The translations under genes and the position numbers were made by a program. This document shows, in pieces, positions 27,301 through 36,136 of a stretch of DNA of 64,000 nucleotides. The stretch is from Verrucomicrobiota bacterium (GTDB lineage Bacteria > Verrucomicrobiota > Verrucomicrobiia > Limisphaerales > UBA8199), in assembly GCA_035358715.1 (NCBI GenBank), contig DAOPPX010000005.1:25-64024 (forward strand), read 5' to 3'. The notes under the pieces are model-generated. The model saw nothing but the letters and a program-made list of their open reading frames with translations, was not told the origin of the DNA and searched no databases. Within the stretch, counting starts at the first letter, position 1. Each line of letters opens with the position of its first letter.

Positions 27301-27526
27301 CCTCCAGGTCCGCCGTGATCCCGGCTTTGGTGATGTTGCCGTTGATCCAAAACCAGTAGGTCCACGGGGCGGCCTCGGGCGGCGGGTTGCGGAAACCATC
27401 CTCCAGTTTGTCCGCATACGCGGGCGCGACCAACGCGGCGGCCCCAAGCAGCAACAGAACCACGCTTGCCAGCCAGGTTCTCTTCATCCCAGCTTCCTTT
27501 GAAGATAAGAACGTCATGAGCTTCAT
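24335..27526 (-). CDS. Large secreted glycoside hydrolase (GH106-like rhamnosidase-type architecture; family assignment tentative)
   Basis: The 1063-aa protein has a signal peptide and the N-terminal motif FRNPPPEAAPWTYWFWINGNITKAGITADLEAL. A C-terminal galactose-binding-like domain is present (YSGTAVYRKSFTV...LEVRVTNLWPNRMIGDE). Confidence 0.75.
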   Translation of the reverse strand: MKLMTFLSSKEAGMKRTWLASVVLLLLGAAALVAPAYADKLEDGFRNPPPEAAPWTYWFWINGNITKAGITADLEALAQSGIKGVLIMEVANLRTMAPNGPYPFGSPEWRELFKFAVAEAGRLGIEVNMNNDAGWCGSGGPWNTPEHSMQKVVGSSTTVKGPARFEGKLPQPKLAGAEPAQVAPAEGKKQPAAKSARARKKAKRPPAPAPANLSPAALAAAKYYRDLRVLAYPAIRKGTAIAPDSILDLSEKMDATGKLSWDAPAGEWVVMRIGHVSTGVENRPAPEAGKGLECDKFSAEAIKRHFDALIGMLADDVGPAAGKVLTYTHIDSWEVHWQDWTPRMAQEFKQRRGYDIIPWLITLAGGPGLGDAEQTARFLRDAKRTQSELLDANYAGALRKLANARGLKLSIEAYGPSSRGINPLTYGAEADMPMAEFWIMRWNAWHLNSARIVSSMVHGLGKPFLGAESLTSSGENDPFTEHPYSVKNMTDWGLCQGVNRFIFHRTALNPWVDKWPGMTFGPYGFHVDRTQTWWKQGKAYMDYLARCQSLLQQGHFVADFCRLLPDGENYGGSPMMETLPAQYDAAPAGYNYDYISDKLTIESLSVKNGRLVLPSGMSYRVMQLPNYQAMTPELLARVRDLVKAGAVVVGPPPRRSPSLMNYPACDTQVKEMAAELWGDCDGNAVQQHVLGAGRVIWGRPLDQVLKDLAGAEDFGFTLNQPYDPAAAIPPSFGPNRPAQSVGAEGKGPGPAQQKQMPTDGINWIHRRINGAEVYFIASAQYRPVEAQCAFRATGMVPELWDPADGTIRALPEYRQEGVRTIVPLRFDPAGSMFVVFRKTEKDSSTAQAASPSPPREERAGERRRKNFPAFKQVMEISGPWEVAFDPKWGGPEKASFQTLEDWTRRSEEGIKFYSGTAVYRKSFTVDQAALRDPGSAMYLDLGDVREIAEFTLNGKHLGVLWKPPFQVDVRAALRPGANKLEVRVTNLWPNRMIGDEQYPDDCTPDGSWRLGKIPAWPDWLLKNQPRPEPRRLTFSTTKYFTKDAPLIPSGLLGPVRLQAEVVE

Positions 27527-27573
27527 GTGCGCCAGAATATTGGACGAGCACCCGAAGTCCGCAAGCCCTCAGC

Positions 27574-27745
27574 TTCCCCACAGCACCCCGCTGACTCCTC
27601 CGTTGCTCCTCCGTTGCTCCTCCGTTCCACCTCCGACCGCCGGTCGGAGGAGGAACGGAGGAGGAACGGAGGAGCAACGGAGGAAGGATGGGGAGGCTAC
27701 GGTGGCAGCCGTCTGCCACTGCGGCAATGGTCCATGCCTGCCAAA
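27574..27745. repeat. Dispersed repeat family B, copy 1: long hairpin built from CTCCTCCGTT-type units, plus a conserved 3' tail
   Basis: The left arm is tcctccgttgctcctccgttgctcctccgttccacctccgaccg, and the right arm is its near-complement. It is homologous to 39913-40118, including the tail ...ctgcc(a/g)ctgcgg(c/t)aat...tgcca. Confidence 0.85.
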
Positions 27746-27750
27746 GAGAG

Positions 27751-29184
27751 TCAGCGGGGCCAGGTTCCTCGCACGTCCAGCACCACCACGGTGGCTGTCG
27801 GGTCGGGAGCGGCCGGGGGCACGTTGATGATCAGCTCATGCCCGGTGTCCTCGATGCCTAACTTCCGGCCCTCGGCAAGGAGCCGGGCCATCAGCGGTTT
27901 GTCGGGAAGGCCGGGCACGACCAGCCTGCCATCCCGGGGCCAATCGAAAACGTGCAAATACAGGCGGGTTTTCTTGTCGGAAAGTCTCTTTTGTGTGCAG
28001 CGGCCCCAGGTGAGCTTTCCGAAGGGACTTGCCGTGGTGCCATAGATGGATTCCCCGTTTGCTTTCATCCACCTGCCGATCGCCCGCATGGATGTGACGC
28101 TTTCCTCGGGCACGGTGCCGTCAGCTTTGGGACCGATGTTGAGCAGGTAGTTTCCGCCCTTGCTGGCGATATCCACCAGGTTGCGAATCAGGGTCTGCTC
28201 GGATTTCCAGGCATGGTCGTGTTTGCTGTAGCCCCAGGTGGTATTGAGGGTCATGCAGGTTTCCCAGTCCACGCCCGGCATGCCGGTATCGGGGATATGC
28301 TGTTCGGGGGTGATAAAGTCACCGTATTTGGGGTCGAGCTGCGGCAGGTAACCCTGGGTGCCCATGCTGGCCCAGCCGGCTTCGCGGCTGCGGTAGAGCC
28401 GGTTGTTCATGATGACCTTCGGGCGTTTGGACCGCACCAGTTGCATGAGTTCGGTGGCGCGCCATGCCTCGTCCCCCTGGAAATCCTGGGAGCTGTAATC
28501 CCACCAAAAGATGTCCACCGGGTAGTTGGAAGCCAGTTCATTGACCTGCTGCCGCAAGTAAGCCAGGTAACTGGCATGGTCCCGCTGACCGTTGGGATAC
28601 GGCTGCCCCTTGAGCGGATGAGGAAGCTGCTGCGACAGGGCGTATGCGTATTGGTCGTGGTGCCAGTCAATCACCGAATGGTAGAACCCCACCCGCAACC
28701 CCTCGGCGCGGGTTGCTTTGACGATTTCCCCCACCAGGTCCCGACCCAGCACGGCCCCGGCATTGAAGTCGCCGGCCCTGGAATTGTGCAGGGCAAAGCC
28801 TTCGTGGTGTTTGGTGGTGAAAACGAGGTAGCGGCAGCCCGCCTGTTTGGCCAGGCGCGCCCATTCGCGGGCAAAGCCGGCCCGCGGTTGAAACAGCGGC
28901 AGGGCGGCTTTGGCGTAGGTGTCCGTATCGGCTTTGACCCGGTCCTGAATCCACTCCATGCCTCCGCTGGTGCCGACCGCTTTGCCCTCCCAGGTTCCCG
29001 CCAGGCCCGAATAGAGCCCCCAATGGACAAACATGCCAAAGCGCGCCTCGCGCCACCATGCCATGCGGGCGTCTCGTTGAGCAGGCGTTTCGGTGGTCCC
29101 GGCCTGGCTCATCGAGGCCGGAGCTGCGGTGGCTAAACATGCGGCCAGCAAGGGCAGAACGGAAAGGCAACAATTGGCTTTCAT
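27751..29184 (-). CDS. Alpha-L-fucosidase (GH29), secreted
   Basis: The GH29 hallmarks WWREARFGMFVHWGLYS and TKHHEGFALHNS are present, with a signal peptide (MKANCCLSVLPLLAACLATAAPA). I chose the internal ATG at 29184. The ORF-track extension runs through repeat family A. Confidence 0.92.
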   Translation of the reverse strand: MKANCCLSVLPLLAACLATAAPASMSQAGTTETPAQRDARMAWWREARFGMFVHWGLYSGLAGTWEGKAVGTSGGMEWIQDRVKADTDTYAKAALPLFQPRAGFAREWARLAKQAGCRYLVFTTKHHEGFALHNSRAGDFNAGAVLGRDLVGEIVKATRAEGLRVGFYHSVIDWHHDQYAYALSQQLPHPLKGQPYPNGQRDHASYLAYLRQQVNELASNYPVDIFWWDYSSQDFQGDEAWRATELMQLVRSKRPKVIMNNRLYRSREAGWASMGTQGYLPQLDPKYGDFITPEQHIPDTGMPGVDWETCMTLNTTWGYSKHDHAWKSEQTLIRNLVDIASKGGNYLLNIGPKADGTVPEESVTSMRAIGRWMKANGESIYGTTASPFGKLTWGRCTQKRLSDKKTRLYLHVFDWPRDGRLVVPGLPDKPLMARLLAEGRKLGIEDTGHELIINVPPAAPDPTATVVVLDVRGTWPR

Positions 29185-29305
29185 AGGAATCGGTATTGCA
29201 TCTGCATCACGTCCCAACATATACAGAATTGCATGGGCAACCTCACGGATTATTCCTGCGTTTGTGCGCTTCCAAATGGACTTCGCACAGGGGCCCGGGA
29301 GAGGG

Positions 29306-29430
29306 CTAGTGCTTGGTTGCACCAATAGCCGACACATGGGTCGCCGCGTGAGGGCACGCGGCCTACAAACCTGCTGTAGGCCGCGTGCCCTCACGCGGCG
29401 ATATCGCTTATCTCTGCAATCAAGCACCAG
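29306..29430. repeat. Dispersed repeat family A, full palindromic copy (~125 nt)
   Basis: The core is a perfect 25-bp stem (29342-29366 pairs with 29376-29400, cgccgcgtgagggcacgcggcctac) with a 9-nt loop. The outer arms are ctagtgcttggttgcacc... and ...gcaatcaagcaccag. One arm recurs at 39848-39912. Confidence 0.85.
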
Positions 29431-29514
29431 GTCTTCACCGGATGCTGTTATCGCGCGCCTTCATGCATACGCGCTGCGGTCGAGCAGGCAAGTCCGCACC
29501 CCCCTTGACGCGAC

Positions 29515-31005
29515 TCAGCGGCGAACGCGCTCTGGGGCGGTTTGAGCCTTGCCGGTTTCCGTAGCAGCAAGATCGTGGGGCGTATTCGCCTCCCACCCGC
29601 CGCCGAGCGCCTTATAGAGCGCAACCAGGTTCAAGGTTACGGCAACCTCACTCCGCACCAAAGCGTCCTGGGACACGTAAAGCGCGCGCTGCGCGTCGAG
29701 GAGGTTGAGGTAGTTGCCGAGTCCCTTGACGTAGAGCTGATCGGCGAGTTCCGCCGCCTCCTGGTTGGCTATCACCGCCCGCTCCAGCAACCGGCGATGC
29801 TCCTGCTCTTTGGCATAGGCCACTAACGCGTTCTCGACGTCCTCCAATGACATCAGGACGATCTGCTCATATGTCAGCGACGCTTGATCCTGGACGGCGG
29901 CCTGGGCCCGGATGCCGGCGCGGACCCGTCCGGCGTCGAACACCCGCCACTGCACGGTCGGGCCAATGGACCACATGCGGCTGCCCGGAGAAAAGAAATC
30001 GCCAGTGCTGACGCTCGCCAGGCCGGCCGACCCGGTGAGAAAGAACTTCGGGAACAGCTCCGCTTTCACCTGGCCGACGCGGGCTGTCTCGGCGGCGAGG
30101 CGGCGCTCCGCCCACCGCACATCGGGTCGGCGGAGGAGCAGGTCGGAGGGCAATCCAACCGGAACCTCGGGCGGCGGCGCCGGAACGGGGGCCGTGGCAG
30201 CCAGTTCTTCTCGCAAGGCATCGGGGGGCTGGGCAAGGAGAACGCCAAGCCGATGAATCGCAGACTCCATGGCGGTTTCAATTCCGGGCACCTGCGCCTG
30301 AATGGTCGCCAGCAGGGCAAGCGCGCGCTGCAGGTCCAGCTCCGCGGAGGCGCCATGCTCCACGCGGCTCCGCATAATGCTCACGGTCTCCGTCTGCGCT
30401 TTGATCTGGTTCTGGAGGATGGCCAGTTCCCGCTGCGCGCCCCGGGTCAGCACGTAATTCCGCGCCACCTCGGAGAGCACCGTCACCAGCACATCACGGC
30501 GGCCATACTCCACGGCGGCCAACTCGGCGGAAGCCGCCTGGACCGCGCGCCGTTTTCCGCCGAACAGATCTATCTCCCACGCCGCATCGAATCCTGCCTG
30601 GTAAACATGGTTCTCGAAGGGGACGCTGGAAGGCACGTCGAGCGAGCCGATGATCGGCTGGTTCTCGCTTTGCTTCTGCCGCGCGTAGGAGCCGCTGGCG
30701 TTGACTGTCGGCCAATGGGCTGCGCCGGCGAGATCCTGCTGCGCGCGGGCCTGGCGGACGCGGGCCCCGGCGATCCGGAGGTCGAGGTTGGTGTGGACTG
30801 CCCGCGCGATGAGCAAATCCAGCGCGGGATCGTTGAAACTCTTCCACCATTCGTGGACCTGCTCGCCCGGGCTGGTGGCGCCGCCGCTGAGCGGCCCGCC
30901 CCATTGGGCGGGCATGTTGACGGCCGGCTGCTGGTAGTTGGGTCCAACGGTGCATCCCGCGACCAGGACCGCCAACGCAGCGGGGACCAGGATCTTCGTT
31001 TTCAT
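29515..31005 (-). CDS. Efflux transporter outer-membrane factor lipoprotein, NodT family
   Basis: A lipobox is present (LVAGCTVGPNY), and the length and repeat structure are typical of an OMF. I chose the internal ATG at 31005. Confidence 0.9.
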   Translation of the reverse strand: MKTKILVPAALAVLVAGCTVGPNYQQPAVNMPAQWGGPLSGGATSPGEQVHEWWKSFNDPALDLLIARAVHTNLDLRIAGARVRQARAQQDLAGAAHWPTVNASGSYARQKQSENQPIIGSLDVPSSVPFENHVYQAGFDAAWEIDLFGGKRRAVQAASAELAAVEYGRRDVLVTVLSEVARNYVLTRGAQRELAILQNQIKAQTETVSIMRSRVEHGASAELDLQRALALLATIQAQVPGIETAMESAIHRLGVLLAQPPDALREELAATAPVPAPPPEVPVGLPSDLLLRRPDVRWAERRLAAETARVGQVKAELFPKFFLTGSAGLASVSTGDFFSPGSRMWSIGPTVQWRVFDAGRVRAGIRAQAAVQDQASLTYEQIVLMSLEDVENALVAYAKEQEHRRLLERAVIANQEAAELADQLYVKGLGNYLNLLDAQRALYVSQDALVRSEVAVTLNLVALYKALGGGWEANTPHDLAATETGKAQTAPERVRR

Positions 31006-31049
31006 AGGAGCTTCTCCGAAAGGCAGTGATTGTTCATGGCAATTGGGGG

Positions 31050-32156
31050 TCACGCCAGGCGCCTGCGAAAAAACCAACTCGCCGCGCCCAGTGTTCCGAT
31101 GGCAATGATCAGGAGCGGATACAGGCTCTGAAGCAGCGCCACGTGGCCAAGGTCTTTAAGAAACAGGCCCTTCACTATCACGATGAAATGGCGCATGGGG
31201 TTGATCCAGTCAGCGTAGCGCAGCCACGCCGGCATATTATCAATTGGCGTGGCGTAGCCCGACAGCAGGACGGCAGGCATCAGGAAGCTGAAAACCCCCA
31301 GGAATGCCTGCTGCTGCGTTGCGCAGACTGACGAAATGAGCAGCCCGAACCCAGCCAGCGCCAGGCTGTAGAAGATCATGCTGCCGTAAAGCGGCAGAAA
31401 CGACCCCGCAAACGGGATGCGATAGACAAAGATGGCGCCCAGCAGGACAACGGTCCCCTGCGCGATGCCCACCAGGATGGCCGGGATGATCTTGCCGACC
31501 ATGATCATCCCCGGGGTCAGCGGCGAGACGAGGAGCTGGTCCAGCGTCCCCTGCTCGCGCTCGCGCGCAACCGAGAGCGCCGTGACAATGAGCGCGTTGA
31601 TGGACGTTATGATCGCGACCAGGGAGGGCAGAATATGCCACTTGTAATCGAGGTTGGGATTGAACCAGTGGCGCACCACCAGCGCTGACGGCGGGGTCTT
31701 GCGTTGCGACGCCAGCCTCTCGCTGGTGTAGTCAGCAACGATCTGCTGCACGTAGCTGAGGGCGATTTGACCGCTGTTAGAGCGGCGGCCATCCAGAAGG
31801 GCCTGCATTTTCGGAGAGCGGCCCGCGGCGGCATCGCGCGAGAAGTCCGGCGGGAACCGCAGAACGATCAACGCCTGCTGGTTGTCTATGGCGCGGCGCA
31901 CATCGGCTTCGCTGTGGAGGCTCAGCAGCCGGGTGAAGGCCTGGGCTTGTGCGAAACGCTGCATCAACTCCCTCGACTCCCGGCCGGAGTCCTCATTAAA
32001 CACCGCAAGCGTGTTGTTCTTTACCTCGAGGGTGGCTGCGAAGGGGAACACCGCCAGTTGCAGCAAGACCGGCACGATCAGAATCATGCGGCTCTGCCGG
32101 TCCTGCAGCAGCGTCTCCAGCTCCTTGATCACGAGGGTGAGGATGCGCCAAAGCAT
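31050..32156 (-). CDS. ABC-2 type transporter permease (YbhR-like)
   Basis: The 368 aa from MLWRILTLVIKELETLLQDRQS form 6 TM segments in the ABC-2 pattern. The ORF-track N-terminal extension overlaps the upstream gene. Confidence 0.88.
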   Translation of the reverse strand: MLWRILTLVIKELETLLQDRQSRMILIVPVLLQLAVFPFAATLEVKNNTLAVFNEDSGRESRELMQRFAQAQAFTRLLSLHSEADVRRAIDNQQALIVLRFPPDFSRDAAAGRSPKMQALLDGRRSNSGQIALSYVQQIVADYTSERLASQRKTPPSALVVRHWFNPNLDYKWHILPSLVAIITSINALIVTALSVAREREQGTLDQLLVSPLTPGMIMVGKIIPAILVGIAQGTVVLLGAIFVYRIPFAGSFLPLYGSMIFYSLALAGFGLLISSVCATQQQAFLGVFSFLMPAVLLSGYATPIDNMPAWLRYADWINPMRHFIVIVKGLFLKDLGHVALLQSLYPLLIIAIGTLGAASWFFRRRLA

Positions 32157-32158
32157 AA

Positions 32159-33289
32159 TCACTCCACACGGCGGCGGGTTTTCAGCGCGGTCAAGCCGAT
32201 AAAGACGGCCCCCGCGGCTGCCAGAAACAGCGAGCTGCTCAACAAGACCGGCCAGATGTTGCCTGCCTGGAAAAGCGTCTGCATGGCGGTGACAAAATAC
32301 CTCGCCGGCACCAGGCAGGTGATGGCTTGCATGACGGCGGGCATGCTGCGGATCTCGAAAAGGAACCCCGACAGCATGACAGCGGGCAGGAAGGCCGCGC
32401 TGAGCGCGGCCTGGGCGGCGTTGAACTGGTTGCGCAGAGTGGTGGAGAGCAGCAGCCCCAATCCCAGGCTGCTGGCCAGAAACAGCGAGCCGATCCCCCA
32501 CAGCACAAGCAGAGACCCGCGAAACGGCACGTCCATGATGAAGACCGCCACCCCCACGCACAGAAACAGCGAGACAATCCCCAGCGCGTAGTAGGGCAGC
32601 ACCTTGCTCAGGAGCAATTCAGCCCTTGTGACCGGCGAGGCCAGCAGCGCTTCCATCGTGCCGCGTTCCCATTCGCGTGCCACGACCAGCGAGGTCAGCA
32701 ACGCCCCAATGACCGTCATGATGATGGTGATCGAGCCCGGGATCAGAAAGTTCCGGCTCTGAGCGGCCGGGTTGAACCAGAAGCGCGGCTCGAGGTTGAT
32801 GCGGGCCGGCGGAGTCTCCCCGCGCTCGGAAGCGCGCTGCTGCATCCACCCGTTCCACGCGCCGGCCACGTAGCTCTGCACGAAGTTTGCGGTGTTGGGC
32901 TCTGACCCATCGGCCACCACCAGCAGCGGCGCGGTGGCGCCCGGCCGTTTCAGCTTCTCGGCGAAATCCACCGGCACGACGACAAAGCCCCGCACCCGGC
33001 CGTCGGTGAGGTCCTGCTCGATTTCCGCTCGCGCGCCGGCCGTGCGGACCGCAAAGTATGGCGAGCCTTGGAGACTGTCCGCGAAACGGCGGGCCTCCGG
33101 GCTCTTGTCTTCCAGCACCAGGCCAAGGTCCACGACCGTCGAGTCGAGATTCATGCCGTAGCCGAAAATGAACAGCATCACCACCGGCAGCACGAAGGCG
33201 ATGAGATTGCTGCTGGGGTCGCGCAGAATCTGCCAGGCCTCTTTCCGGCACAGGGCGCGCAAGCGGCGGAAGGAAAAGGCGGCATTCAT
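32159..33289 (-). CDS. ABC-2 type transporter permease (YbhS-like)
   Basis: The 376-aa protein is a paralog of the downstream permease (LRDPSSNLIAFVLPVVMLFIFGYG). Confidence 0.88.
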   Translation of the reverse strand: MNAAFSFRRLRALCRKEAWQILRDPSSNLIAFVLPVVMLFIFGYGMNLDSTVVDLGLVLEDKSPEARRFADSLQGSPYFAVRTAGARAEIEQDLTDGRVRGFVVVPVDFAEKLKRPGATAPLLVVADGSEPNTANFVQSYVAGAWNGWMQQRASERGETPPARINLEPRFWFNPAAQSRNFLIPGSITIIMTVIGALLTSLVVAREWERGTMEALLASPVTRAELLLSKVLPYYALGIVSLFLCVGVAVFIMDVPFRGSLLVLWGIGSLFLASSLGLGLLLSTTLRNQFNAAQAALSAAFLPAVMLSGFLFEIRSMPAVMQAITCLVPARYFVTAMQTLFQAGNIWPVLLSSSLFLAAAGAVFIGLTALKTRRRVE

Positions 33290-35016
33290 GCCGGCACCTC
33301 CGAAACTTGCTGTCGCACCAGGGAAATGAAGGCGTCTTCCATCGTAAGGTCGGAGCCGCCGCCGTTGGCGGCTTGCTCCTTGAGCTGGTCGGGCGAGCCG
33401 GCGGCGATGATCCTGCCGCGAAAGACCAGCGCGATGCGGTCGCAGTACTCGGCTTCATCCATGAAATGCGTCGTCACCATTACGGTCACGCCCTTTTCCA
33501 CCACGCCGTTGATATGCGTCCAGAACTCGCGGCGGGTCACGGGGTCAACGCCGGAGGTGGGCTCGTCCAGAAAGAGAATCGAAGGCTCGTGCATGATGGC
33601 GCAGGCCAGGGCAAGCCGCTGCTTGAACCCCAGCGGCAGCGTGTCCGGCGTGCTCCCGAGAAACGGCGCCAGCTTGAAGACCTCCACCATTTCAGCCATC
33701 GCGCTCCTCTGCCGGGTACCGCGCAAACCGTAGGCGCCGGAAAAGAACTTCAGGTTCTGTTCGATGGTGAGATTGCCGTAGAGCGAGAACTTCTGCGCCA
33801 TGTAGCCGAGCCGCTGGCGGGCCTCGCTGGCGCTCCTCTTGAGGTCAATGCCCATCACCCGCGCCGTGCCGGAGGTGGGCGTGAGCAATCCGCACATCAT
33901 GCGGAAGGTCGTGGACTTGCCGGCGCCGTTCGGGCCGAGCAGGCCGAAGATCTCGCCACGCTTCACGGCAAAGTCCACGTGGTCGGTGGCGGTGAAGGCG
34001 CCAAAGCGTTTCGTTAAGGCGACGGCTTCAACCACCGTTTCGTGGCCGTCGGGCATCGGCCGGAGGTGCTGCGCCAGGACCGAGTCGCCGCCCGGGCCGC
34101 CCCCGAGCGCCTCGATAAACGCATCCTCGAACCGGGGCGCGACCGGGACCAGCCGCGCTTCGTCGCCAGCATCCAGCTCCTCGAGGCTGGGGCGGGCTGC
34201 TCCCTGGCGCAGCACCAGCCGCACCGCCCGGCCCTGGATCACGCCATCCATCACTTCCGGCCGGCGCAGCGCGCGCGCCAGCAACTGCCGGCGGTTGCCG
34301 GTGATCTTCTGGATTTGCAGGCTGCGATCCTGCAGCCGTTGGGTGAGATCCGACGGCTTCCCGGCAAATATCAGCCGCCCCGCGTTCATCAGCAGCACCT
34401 CCGCGCACAGCTCGGCTTCATCCAGATATGCCGTGCTCCAAACCACCGCCATGCCCTGGGCCGCAAGCTCGCGGACCATCTTCCACAATTCACGGCGCGA
34501 GATCGGGTCCACTCCCACGCTCGGCTCATCGAGCAGCAACAACCCCGGGTGCCCCAGCAGCGCGCACGCCAGGCCAAGCTTCTGCTTCATGCCGCCCGAC
34601 AGCCTGCCGGCCAATCGCGCGGTGAACCGCGCCAGGTCGGTGAACTCCAGCAGGCGCTTGAATGTGGCGGCGCGCTCTTCACCAACCACCCCCCGCAGGT
34701 CGGCGTGCAGCTCCAGGTTCTCCCGCACCGACAGATCTTCGTACAGGCCGAACTTCTGCGGCATGTAGCCAATGCATCCACGCACCTTCCCGGCGTCGAG
34801 AATCGGGTCGTTTCCACCCACGCTAATCGCGCCGGAAGTCGGCGGCAGCAGCCCGGCCATCAGCCGGATGAGGGTCGTCTTGCCTGCCCCGTCAGGCCCG
34901 ACCAACCCGGTGATCTGGCCGGCCCGCACCACCGCCGAGACCCCCTCCAGAGCAGGCTTCTCCGCGCCCGGAAAGGCTCTCCGGACAGCGTCCAGGATCA
35001 CCAGCGCGTCGCTCAT
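33286..35016 (-). CDS. ABC transporter ATP-binding protein with duplicated ATPase domains (YbhF-like)
   Basis: There are two Walker A motifs (GPDGAGKTT, GPNGAGKST) and two signature/Walker B sets (LSGGMKQKL...LLLDEP; LPLGFKQRL...LFLDEP). Confidence 0.92.
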   Translation of the reverse strand: MSDALVILDAVRRAFPGAEKPALEGVSAVVRAGQITGLVGPDGAGKTTLIRLMAGLLPPTSGAISVGGNDPILDAGKVRGCIGYMPQKFGLYEDLSVRENLELHADLRGVVGEERAATFKRLLEFTDLARFTARLAGRLSGGMKQKLGLACALLGHPGLLLLDEPSVGVDPISRRELWKMVRELAAQGMAVVWSTAYLDEAELCAEVLLMNAGRLIFAGKPSDLTQRLQDRSLQIQKITGNRRQLLARALRRPEVMDGVIQGRAVRLVLRQGAARPSLEELDAGDEARLVPVAPRFEDAFIEALGGGPGGDSVLAQHLRPMPDGHETVVEAVALTKRFGAFTATDHVDFAVKRGEIFGLLGPNGAGKSTTFRMMCGLLTPTSGTARVMGIDLKRSASEARQRLGYMAQKFSLYGNLTIEQNLKFFSGAYGLRGTRQRSAMAEMVEVFKLAPFLGSTPDTLPLGFKQRLALACAIMHEPSILFLDEPTSGVDPVTRREFWTHINGVVEKGVTVMVTTHFMDEAEYCDRIALVFRGRIIAAGSPDQLKEQAANGGGSDLTMEDAFISLVRQQVSEVPA

Positions 35017-35146
35017 GCTGCATTGCCGGCGATCGAGGACAAACAGGCGCCGGGACCAAACCACTCCCGGAGCCTTGCATGCCCCGGGCGGGTCCTGGCG
35101 CCGCTGCCCTTGCGTCGCCGTCCCGCCGGTTTGCTCCTCGCCGCTT

Positions 35147-36136
35147 TCATAGCCGCCCGGTGCCGGGGACAGCGACAGTCACCGGCATGCCTTGGCGCAG
35201 TCCTTCGTCAGGACTCTCCACAACAATGCGCAACCGGTAAACGAGCGCTGTCCGCAGTTCCGCGGTCTCCACGGTCTTCGGAGTGAACTCGGCGCGGGGT
35301 GATATGTAGCCAACCCGACCGGTGTAAGGCTTGTCAGGGCGCGAATCGGTGTGGACTTGAACCTTCATGCCCGGATGAATACGGCCAAGGTCGGGTTCCC
35401 GCACGTAGGCGCGAACCCAAACCGGGCTCACCAGCGAGACTGTAAAGACCGCGGTGCCGGCCGCCAGGACGGCGCCCGCCTCCTGGGCCCGTGTCAGAAT
35501 CACGCCGTCCGACGGCGCCGTTAAGACCGTGTCCTTCAACTGAAGCCCGGCCGCAGCCAGCCCTGCTTCGGCTTGGGCGAGATCGGCCCTGGCCTGGGCA
35601 ATGTCCTCAGCGCGAAACCCCGCTTCGAGCAGCGCCAGGTTGTCGCGCGCGGACTTCAATCGCGCCGCCGCCTCGTCGTAACTGGCCGCGGCGTTGTCGC
35701 GGTCCTGTATCGCCACGGCCTTGACGGCCAGCAGCTCTTCCGACCGTTTCAACAACCGCTCAGCATTGATGGCCGTGGCCTCGCGCTCGCGCACCAGCGA
35801 CCGGGCCTGTGCAATCTCCTCCGGGCGGTTTCCTGTTTCACGCAGCTTCAGGCGCGCTCGCAGCGATTCAACCTGCGCCTGGGCGCTGGCCACCAGGTTG
35901 CTGTAAGGTTCCGCGTCCAGGCTGGCGATCACCTCGCCCGCCTTCACCGCGTCCCCTTCGTCGTAAACCAGCCTCCCCAGCTTGCCCGGAACGCGGAAAC
36001 CGAGCGTCACCTCGCGAATATCCACATTCCCGTAGAGCGTCAGCCCCGTCTTCGTTCCATGGTGATGATTGCGATACAACCACACGGCGCCGCCAACGCA
36101 CAGCAGCACGACTATGACAGCGATTATCCTCTTCAC
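35147..36136 (-). CDS. HlyD-family membrane fusion protein (YbhG-like)
   Basis: The protein has an N-terminal TM segment, a coiled-coil hairpin region and beta-barrel C-terminal motifs. It has a 4-nt overlap with the tetR gene. Confidence 0.9.
   Translation of the reverse strand: MKRIIAVIVVLLCVGGAVWLYRNHHHGTKTGLTLYGNVDIREVTLGFRVPGKLGRLVYDEGDAVKAGEVIASLDAEPYSNLVASAQAQVESLRARLKLRETGNRPEEIAQARSLVREREATAINAERLLKRSEELLAVKAVAIQDRDNAAASYDEAAARLKSARDNLALLEAGFRAEDIAQARADLAQAEAGLAAAGLQLKDTVLTAPSDGVILTRAQEAGAVLAAGTAVFTVSLVSPVWVRAYVREPDLGRIHPGMKVQVHTDSRPDKPYTGRVGYISPRAEFTPKTVETAELRTALVYRLRIVVESPDEGLRQGMPVTVAVPGTGRL

Noticed and set aside
27387-27827. ORFs translating the family B hairpins (for example ...LLRCSSVPPPTAGRRRNGGGTEEQRRKDG...). 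These also occur at 27186-27719, 27527-28045, 39909-40244, 39937-40299 and 39723-40148.
   Set aside because: The same peptide appears on both strands because the DNA is palindromic. These ORFs span intergenic repeats and have no start or RBS context, so they are artefacts of the repeat.
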